In this document: piece by piece, positions 56,640-64,000 of the stretch
Numbering within the stretch: position 1 is the stretch's first letter
How the letters are laid out: every line of letters starts with the position of its first letter
Assembly: GCA_963743635.1 (NCBI GenBank)
Contig: CAVUQO010000003.1
Coordinates: 320,001 to 384,000 of the forward strand
DNA: 64,000 nt
Direction of reading: 5' to 3'
Source: Candidatus Babeliales bacterium
GTDB taxonomy: Bacteria; Babelota; Babeliae; Babelales; Vermiphilaceae
Made by a program: the position numbers and the translations under genes
Notes under the pieces: generated by a model
Seen by the model: the letters and a program-made list of their open reading frames with translations, nothing else
What the model was told of the DNA's origin: nothing
Databases searched by the model: none

Positions 56640-58744
56640 TTATTCGTGTTTCATCAGTTTCTGCAAGAATTTCTTCATATCCATCTTCTCCGTCTTCTAG
56701 CTCTTGCAATTCTTTATCAAAGAATGTGTGCAGTTTTTTGCTGCGTGATGGATGGCGAAATTTGCGCAATGCTTTAACTTCAATTTGACGAATACGTTCA
56801 CGGGTAACTGAGAAGTCTTTACCAACTTCTTCAAGCGTATGCTCGGAGGCAACATCGATACCAAAACGCATTTTAAGTACTTTTTCTTCACGTGGAGTAA
56901 GTGTTTTAAGCACTTCGCGAACTCGTTCTTTCAGATCATTATTGCAACGGTATCAGAAGGTGAAAAATCAGTATCACTTTCAATAAAATCTTTAATGGAC
57001 GCATCTTCACTATCACCAACCGGTGTTTCAAATGAAATAGGCTCTTTAGAAATCTTGATGATATTTTTAATCTTCTTTTCATCAATATTAAGTTCTTTTG
57101 CCAATTCAGCATGGCTTGGTTCACGGCCATGTTCTTGAATAAAGGTACGTTTGATTTTATTGATCTTATTGAGTGTTTCAACCATATGAACCGGCACACG
57201 AATGGTACGTGATTGATCGGCAATTGCACGGGTAATTGCTTGGCGGATCCACCAGGTTGCATAGGTTGAGAATTTAAATCCACGCTCGAATTCAAATTTT
57301 TCAACCGCTTTCATCAAGCCGATATTACCTTCTTGAATCAAATCAAGAAAGTGCAGTCCGCGATTGACATATTTTTTGGCAATATTAACCACAAGCGCAA
57401 GTTTGCTTTTGCAAGATCATCTTTTGCGCGTTTATCTTTGACTTGTCCAGTCATGAATTGTTGAAAGTATTTAAACATGAGTGAATGTGGCAGACCAACT
57501 TCAACTTCAATTTTTTTGATCTCTTTTGCAGCTGCCACGTATTGCGATCAAGTTCTTCAATAGCGTGCAATTGATCTTCAGCGGTTTTTTGATCGCAAGT
57601 AATGGCTTTAATTGCTTTCAGTTGATCTTGAGAAGCATAATTTCTTTTTCTTGATTTTTTTAATATATTTTTCAATTTTTTTGCCAAGCTTTTTAATGAG
57701 CTTATTGGAAAGTTTAATCGTGCGAATAGTTTCGCCGATTTTTTCTTTATTCTCGCGCACCTTTTGAAGCATCTCATCTTTTTTCTCTTCAGAATCAAGC
57801 TTTGCCACGATAGCTTAAATAGATCTTTTCTTCATTATCAATCAGATCTTTAATCTCTTGAATGGTATCAAAAAGTGCTTTTTTTTCTTTTTCGATATTA
57901 GGAAGATTTTCTTCATCAAACTCAGAGAATTGAATAATATCTTTCAGAGCAACGGTATTTTTCTGAAGCTTTTCGCCCATCCATACAAATTCTTTATGAA
58001 TAACCGGAAAGCATGAAATAGCATTAAGACTATCTTTTTTGCTCTGGGCGATTTGTTCAGCGATGACTGTTTCAGTTTTTTTATTTAAAAGAGGAATTTT
58101 ACCAATGTCACGCAAATAACATTTGACCGGATCAGTGATATAGGCAGAACTTGCAGTACGGCTGGCTCTTTTTCATCGCCTTCATCTTCTTCATCATTAT
58201 CTTCATCAAAATGATCGGCGCCTAAATCAAGAGAACTCGAAATTTTAGCTTTGATGTTCAGGGGAGAATGCTCTTCATCCTGATCAAATGCTTCCAGGTC
58301 ATCAGGATTTCCCTCAAGCTCTTCTTGCATAATGAAATCAATGTTTTCTTTTTCCATGTGTCGGATGAGATCATTGGTTTCTTGTTCATTGAGATTGTTC
58401 TTTTCACCAAATTCGATCAATTCTTCATAGGTAAGAATGCCGTGTTTACGGCCTTTATCTACGAGTTCATCAACAAGATCTTGTTTTAAATCGAGACTTG
58501 AGCCTTTACTGACCTCTACTTTGACGTGAGGCTTCGGTGCGGCCTTTGATTTAGCTTTAGCCGCAGCTTTTGCGCCCGTTTTGGGCTTAGCGGTAACTTT
58601 TCGTGCTTTTAGTTCAGCAGGAGTTGTTTCTTCTTCATTTTCAGACTCTTCGGTTCTTGTTTTTGAAAATGCTGAAACGGCCGTTTTAAATAGGCGGCTT
58701 AACGCTGTTTCGGTCTTTTTTTCTTTTTTAATTTTTTTTGTCAT
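56640..58744 (-). CDS. rpoD: RNA polymerase primary sigma factor, split by several apparent frameshifts
   Basis: Region 1.1 GILTYEEL, 1.2 RDIGKIPLL, 2 [49 protein letters not shown], 4 [20 protein letters not shown]; follows dnaG. Confidence 0.95.
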
Positions 58745-58753
58745 TGAGAACCC

Positions 58754-60541
58754 TCAGATTAATTTTTTTTCAATCATCTTTTGTTTGAGCTCAAGAAAAT
58801 CACGCATAATGGTATTCATTTTTTCGGTATTTTCTTCTCTTTTTGCCTGTGCAAGTTTAGCTTTAATGGTGGTGACGATCCCTTTCCAATGCTTTTTTTG
58901 TAGTTGTATCATCAGATGATCAAAGTCTTTTTGTATAGGTTCTAATTCACCTTCCAGCAATACTTTGCTGACATAAAGCTGTTCCTCAATGCCAAGTGTG
59001 CCATAGTAATCAGTAAAGGTAAGCCCTTCTTGGCTGTTTTTGGCTGATTTGAGCTTTTCAAGCAAGGTGCTGAGTGGTTTGGGCAAGTACCCCAGCAGAT
59101 ATTCCTCATTTTCAGGATTGAATAATTGGATATTATTCATTATAGCAAAAAATATCATTTTTTCCAATTTTGGTATCCCTTCATCCATTAAGAGATGTGA
59201 TTCCGAGGGGATTTCAGGAGTGACGCCCTCAGGGGTACTCTGAGTTGGCGCTAAGCGTTGTTCTGCAAGTTCCTGTTTGAGCGAGTTAAAGGGGATATCA
59301 AGGGCCTTTGATGCCTTTTGCAGAAGAATGTCTTGTTTGAGAGAATCTTCTTGCTGGTGGATAATACTAATAATTTTTCTGGCTATTTTCAGCTTTGAGC
59401 CCAGGGGCATTGAGGCATAGTTCGTGCAGTGGGTGTTGATAAAAAACTCAAAAATATCCTGCCTTACGGCTAGGGTATTGAATTCTCCCTCGTTATGTTT
59501 GCCGCTCTCCAGGTATGAGGCTGGATCCTCTCCAGGAGGCATCACAATAACGCTCAGCTCCATGCTCACTTGCCAACACAGCTCGGTGAGGCGCAGGATA
59601 GCATCCTGGCCAGCCTTATCCCCGTCATAGAGGATAATCATGCGCTGGGCATAGCGTGAGAGCGTTTTAAGATGGGTACTGGTGCACGCAGTGCCAAGGG
59701 TTGCCACCGTATTGGGGTATCCATGTTGCACCATTGCAATGCAATCGGTATAGCCTTCAACTAAGAAAACCTCTTCTTTATCATGAATGGCCTTCTTTGC
59801 TCCATCAAGGCCAAAAAGTATAGAACCTTTTACGAAAAACTGATTTTCTCGTGAGTTATAATATTTTGCCCGTTCATCAAGCTCTTTAAAGCGTCTGCCG
59901 CCAAATCCGCAAAAACGGCCCAAATGATCTTTGATCGGAAACATAATACGCTCTTCAAAGGGAGAGTAGAGGACTGTCTTTCCTTGGGCAAGAATATGCG
60001 CCTGTATCAAATCGTCCGCGAGAATATGATGATTGCGCGCAAAGCTGAGCAAACGATTGATCGCATTAAGTCCGCCAGGGAAATATCCGATTGAAAAACG
60101 GTCAATGCTTTCTTGCGTAATGTTACGTTGCTTGAGATAAGCCATTAAAGAGGGCGTTTTTTTTAAGTTTTCAGAGCACCATTGCGCAACCATTTCACAT
60201 AAATCAAAGTATCGATTTTTGTCTTCAGTTGATTCGCTCGAATGAGCTTCTTTGAGCAATGCTTCGGGAATATCAACGTTGTATCGATCGGCAAGATGTT
60301 TGATTGCTTCAAAGGGGGTGCAGTTTTCTACCTTGCTAATGAAGGTAATAACATCTCCTCCTTCATGGCAGCCAAAGCAATAGAAAATTTCTTTGTGAGG
60401 GCTTACGGTAAACGATGCAGTCTTTTCATGATGAAAGGGGCAGTGCCCTTTAAAATAAAGGCCGGCTTTTTTGAGCGAAACATATTCGCCAATCACATCA
60501 AGAACAGAGATGCGTTGTTTCAGGTATGTAAAAACGTTCAT
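58754..60541 (-). CDS. dnaG: DNA primase
   Basis: CPFHHEKTASF..FYCFGC zinc ribbon, GFGGR, KYYNS, LVEGYTD, YDGDKAG. Confidence 0.97.
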   Translation of the reverse strand: MNVFTYLKQRISVLDVIGEYVSLKKAGLYFKGHCPFHHEKTASFTVSPHKEIFYCFGCHEGGDVITFISKVENCTPFEAIKHLADRYNVDIPEALLKEAHSSESTEDKNRYFDLCEMVAQWCSENLKKTPSLMAYLKQRNITQESIDRFSIGYFPGGLNAINRLLSFARNHHILADDLIQAHILAQGKTVLYSPFEERIMFPIKDHLGRFCGFGGRRFKELDERAKYYNSRENQFFVKGSILFGLDGAKKAIHDKEEVFLVEGYTDCIAMVQHGYPNTVATLGTACTSTHLKTLSRYAQRMIILYDGDKAGQDAILRLTELCWQVSMELSVIVMPPGEDPASYLESGKHNEGEFNTLAVRQDIFEFFINTHCTNYASMPLGSKLKIARKIISIIHQQEDSLKQDILLQKASKALDIPFNSLKQELAEQRLAPTQSTPEGVTPEIPSESHLLMDEGIPKLEKMIFFAIMNNIQLFNPENEEYLLGYLPKPLSTLLEKLKSAKNSQEGLTFTDYYGTLGIEEQLYVSKVLLEGELEPIQKDFDHLMIQLQKKHWKGIVTTIKAKLAQAKREENTEKMNTIMRDFLELKQKMIEKKLI

Positions 60542-61332
60542 AGTGCAGGCTTATTTTTGGTTTGATAGCGATAAGAACTGATGCCAATGATGCACCATCC
60601 TGTGGTAAAAAGTCCAATGGCAATCCATTGATGCATTGAAAAGGCTGCGGCCCATGGCGCATCAAAATAGATGCGATCCGCCCGCCAAAAATCAATGAAA
60701 AAACGATCGAAACTTGCGAGTACAAAATAGGCGCCCAATAGTTGGCCAGGTTTTTTAAAATAATATTGCAGTACGAAATACAGCAGTAAGAAATTGCCGA
60801 ACGAAAATAATGAATTATAGAGCTGCGTGGGATGCAGCGGCACCGAACAGGTTGCGGGACTGTGGGGATCGCTAAATACAACTGCCCATGGTAGGTTTGA
60901 TGGCATTCCATAACAGCAGCCCGCTAAAAAACAACCAATACGTGCAATGGATTGAATGATTGGTGCGTGAAGTGCGGCCAAATCAAAGAAAGGCAGTATG
61001 GGAATATGATGTCTATGTAAATACCAGGGCATGACGAGCATGATGCCCAAAATAGATCCGAGTATTGAAAAGCCGCCGCGCCATAGTTCAAATATTTCAA
61101 TAGGGTGTTCAATGAGATCCCAGCTGCTAAAGAGATATAAAATTCTTCCACCGGCAACGCCAACAAGAATGGCATAGGTAAGCACCATATGAAATTGCTC
61201 TTTGGTGATGAGCATTTTAAAGCGTGGATGACGCTGCATGAGCCATATGAAAACCAGCAATCCGAGCGCAATCATCACCCCGAAACTGTGAATGTAAATG
61301 GGTCCATAAACATGGAGTAATTCGCGATACAT
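60538..61332 (-). CDS. lgt: Prolipoprotein diacylglyceryl transferase
   Basis: GGRILY, RGGFSILG, RIGCFLAGCCYG, LHPTQLY, RFFIDFWR. Confidence 0.93.
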   Translation of the reverse strand: MYRELLHVYGPIYIHSFGVMIALGLLVFIWLMQRHPRFKMLITKEQFHMVLTYAILVGVAGGRILYLFSSWDLIEHPIEIFELWRGGFSILGSILGIMLVMPWYLHRHHIPILPFFDLAALHAPIIQSIARIGCFLAGCCYGMPSNLPWAVVFSDPHSPATCSVPLHPTQLYNSLFSFGNFLLLYFVLQYYFKKPGQLLGAYFVLASFDRFFIDFWRADRIYFDAPWAAAFSMHQWIAIGLFTTGWCIIGISSYRYQTKNKPAL

Positions 61333-61333
61333 A

Positions 61334-62089
61334 TTACTCTTTTACGTCAGAAGGTACGGTATTTTTATTGTTGAAGAAAGAAGGCATATCTTTTTTTGTC
61401 GTGAAAGAAGGCATGCTTTTTGCGGTTGGAACAGGCTTTGCAGTCTTAGCTACCGGCTGAACTGTTTTAGTGTTATTCTCAACAACCTCATCCTTTTCGT
61501 CATCTTCATCACATTCTTCATCTTGTTCATCCGCGTTGTCAGATTTTTTCTCAGATTTTGGAGCTTGAGATTCTTTTTTTTCATCATCATCATCATCTTC
61601 TTCTTCTTTAGGCGCCTCATTGGCTGAAATAACCTTTGCGCCTTCGAGCTGTATTTTTTCTGGTGATTTCCAGTCAAACGTAACGGCATAGGTTTCTCCT
61701 GGCGTTACTGTTTGCGTTGAGACTTTTTCACCCTCATGCCCTGCAATAAATTTATATTTGCAGCGTGTGGTTACCGTATTGGAACCATCAATTTTAACGA
61801 CGATCGGTTCATCATTATTGATTTCGATTTCCTCATCATTGACCGTCAAAGAAACTGACGTTGGAGAATAACTCAATAAGCCATATTTGTAAGAAAGATC
61901 TTTTGATGAAATATCAGGTTCGAGCGTTATGGTAAGATCTTGAGTTTTGGGCTCTTTTTGAGTGGTATTTATGGTCAGTGTATTCTTTTCAGCCACAACC
62001 GGATAATTTGTTTTATTGTGTTTCATTGCAAGCGTAATAGTTCCTGCGATCAAGCAGGTTGCGATAATTTGTACATAACGATGATTCAT
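61334..62089 (-). CDS. Hypothetical exported protein with acidic low-complexity C-terminal half
   Basis: N-terminal hydrophobic segment, beta-rich core, poly-D/E tract; AAGGA RBS. Confidence 0.7.
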   Translation of the reverse strand: MNHRYVQIIATCLIAGTITLAMKHNKTNYPVVAEKNTLTINTTQKEPKTQDLTITLEPDISSKDLSYKYGLLSYSPTSVSLTVNDEEIEINNDEPIVVKIDGSNTVTTRCKYKFIAGHEGEKVSTQTVTPGETYAVTFDWKSPEKIQLEGAKVISANEAPKEEEDDDDDEKKESQAPKSEKKSDNADEQDEECDEDDEKDEVVENNTKTVQPVAKTAKPVPTAKSMPSFTTKKDMPSFFNNKNTVPSDVKE

Positions 62090-62157
62090 TCAATTCCTTT
62101 CTTCGGCAGTTGCATTGTATCACCTTAGCAGTAGTGATGGGTAAAATAAAGTATCCG

Positions 62158-63978
62158 TTATATAGTGCGTCGAAGTCGTAGTTGATTGCTATGTATGCGA
62201 ATTCTAAAAATGAGCAATGAGATTGCGGCAGGTGTCATGCCCGGAATGAGTAATCCCTGCGCAATTGTTTTTGGCTTATGTTTGATTAATTTTTGTTGCA
62301 ATTCCTTTGATAATCCCGGCAATGATTTAAAATCAAAATCATCAGGAATCACGAGGTCTTGATATTGCTTTGATTTTGCAACTTCTTTTTCTTCCCGCTC
62401 CAAATAAGGTGCATAGCGGATTTCAGCATAAATGGTGAGAAGTGCGCGTTCAGATGCATGTGCAGGTACATGTTGTTTCAGGGCTTCTATATCACATTCG
62501 AGCTCACCAACGAGTTTCAAAAGTTGTGCGTGCGTATATTTTGCACGCAAATCAGCGAGTGCGGCGTGAATGAGATCTCGTTCAGCACAAAAATCTTGAT
62601 AGAGGGTTTCATCAATTAAACCGAGATTGTAGCCATAATCGGTTAGGCGTAAGAATGTGTTGTCTTGACGCAAGATCAAACGGCGTTCAGCGCGTGAAGT
62701 GAACATGCGATACGGTTCATCGACGCCGAGCGTCACCAAATCATCGATCATAACGCCGATATAGCTTTCGGTGCGATCAAGAATGAAGGGTGGTAGTTTT
62801 GCCGCTTTTAAATGAGCATTGATGCCCGCAAGCATTCCTTGTCCCGCCGCTTCTTCATACCCAGTAGTACCATTAATTTGGCCGGCTAAAAAGAGGCCTT
62901 CTACATTCTTTACTTCCAAGGTGTGCGATAACTGATCAGGCCATACCATGTCATATTCAATCGCATATCCGGCTTTGGTGATAACCGCGTTTTCAAATCC
63001 CGCAATGGTCTGAATGTACTCTTTTTGTACTTCATACGGCATTGAAGTTGAAATACCGTTCGGATAAATTTCATTATCGCATGCACCTTCAGGCTCAACA
63101 AAAATGTGATGGGAAGCCTTATCAGGAAAGCGAGAAATTTTATCTTCGATAGATGGGCAGTAGCGTGGTGCAGTTCCGGTGATGTTGCCTGAATAGAGTG
63201 GCGATTTATCTAAATTTCTTTTAATAACGTCGAGCGTATTTTGATTGGTATGCGTGATGTAGCATGCGCGGGTGTTTTCTACCTTGTGCGGATAAAACTC
63301 GAAAAGATAGTTTAAAACGTCTGGTTTCTGATATTCCATACGCGAGAAATCAAGACTTTCTCGGAGTAATCGAGGTGGTGTTCCGGTTTTAAGACGGCCC
63401 ATACGCAAGCCCATGCGCTTTAAACACGGCGTCATGCCATCTGGCGCAGCTTTTTCATCGCGGCGTCCACCAGAATAGTTTTCAAGGCCTACGTGAATGC
63501 GTCCGCCCAGGAAGGTTCCCGTCGTTAAAATAACGGTTGGCGCAGTATAGATCGCTTCGGTGCTTGTTTTGATGCCAGTAACTTTATTGTTTTCAGTGAG
63601 CACCTCATCAGCGCCTGCTTCGATCAGAGTCAGGTTAGGCAAGGATTTGAGTGTTTCCCTGGCTAAAGCATTATAGGCAAACTTATCGATTTGCAGACGC
63701 AAGCCTTGCACTGCTGGTCCCTTGCGGGTATTGAGCATGCGTACTTGCAGGTATGTTTTAGTGCAGAGTTTGGGCATCAGGCCACCAAGGGCACTAATTT
63801 CATAGACAATATGCCCTTTACCAACCCCACCAACGGCAGGATTGCAGGGCATTAAGCCAATTTTTTCAATACTGAGGGTAATAAGTGCGGTGCGAGAGCC
63901 CATACGAGCAGCTGCGTGAGCCGCTTCGATACCGGCGTGTCCACCACCGACAACAATGACGTCAAAATCGTAATTCAT
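62158..63978 (-). CDS. mnmG: tRNA uridine-5-carboxymethylaminomethyl modification enzyme (GidA)
   Basis: VVGGGHAGIEAA, CNPAVGG, RLKTGTPPRL, RYCPSIEDK, AGQINGTTGYEEAA. Confidence 0.97.
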   Translation of the reverse strand: MNYDFDVIVVGGGHAGIEAAHAAARMGSRTALITLSIEKIGLMPCNPAVGGVGKGHIVYEISALGGLMPKLCTKTYLQVRMLNTRKGPAVQGLRLQIDKFAYNALARETLKSLPNLTLIEAGADEVLTENNKVTGIKTSTEAIYTAPTVILTTGTFLGGRIHVGLENYSGGRRDEKAAPDGMTPCLKRMGLRMGRLKTGTPPRLLRESLDFSRMEYQKPDVLNYLFEFYPHKVENTRACYITHTNQNTLDVIKRNLDKSPLYSGNITGTAPRYCPSIEDKISRFPDKASHHIFVEPEGACDNEIYPNGISTSMPYEVQKEYIQTIAGFENAVITKAGYAIEYDMVWPDQLSHTLEVKNVEGLFLAGQINGTTGYEEAAGQGMLAGINAHLKAAKLPPFILDRTESYIGVMIDDLVTLGVDEPYRMFTSRAERRLILRQDNTFLRLTDYGYNLGLIDETLYQDFCAERDLIHAALADLRAKYTHAQLLKLVGELECDIEALKQHVPAHASERALLTIYAEIRYAPYLEREEKEVAKSKQYQDLVIPDDFDFKSLPGLSKELQQKLIKHKPKTIAQGLLIPGMTPAAISLLIFRIRIHSNQLRLRRTI

Positions 63979-64000
63979 AAAGCTTTTAAAGTAATCTAGT

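Noticed and set aside
56323..56913. Apparent fusion of sigma region 4 to the CNNM N-terminus
   Set aside because: Probably an indel that removed the rpoD stop near 56640; the joining segment is AT-rich spacer-like sequence.

Overview
Bacterial genomic window whose gene content suggests an intracellular parasite of protists. It most resembles Candidatus Dependentiae/TM6 (Babelota); this is inferred from the many short signal-peptide orphans, Sel1 and ankyrin proteins, not from a marker gene. Housekeeping genes: nrdAB (class Ic-type R2), pgi-zwf-gnd, tkt, nfeD-SPFH, ABC-F, a CNNM/hemolysin-family gene, rpoD-dnaG-lgt and mnmG. These are interleaved with tandem arrays of apparently exported proteins. 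(1) A five-gene mosaic Sel1-repeat locus. Four members share a U-box/NleG-like (possibly DUF5092-like) N-terminal domain and two end in a bipartite NLS. One member has 12 near-identical 41-aa repeats whose substitutions fall almost only at codon positions 1-2 of one segment. (2) Six secreted low-complexity genes (Gly/His/RGG-rich, basic or acidic). (3) Nine short secreted orphans. (4) Nine signal-peptide GNAT acetyltransferase genes; the last is flanked by a duplication of the ABC-F 3' end. About 20 exported proteins have Met at the predicted +1 cleavage position, mostly followed by D/E/N/Q. Two candidate structured RNAs and several REP/IS605-like palindromes are also present. Clustered frameshifts in essential genes (nrdA, nrdB, rpoD) are most likely long-read indel errors.
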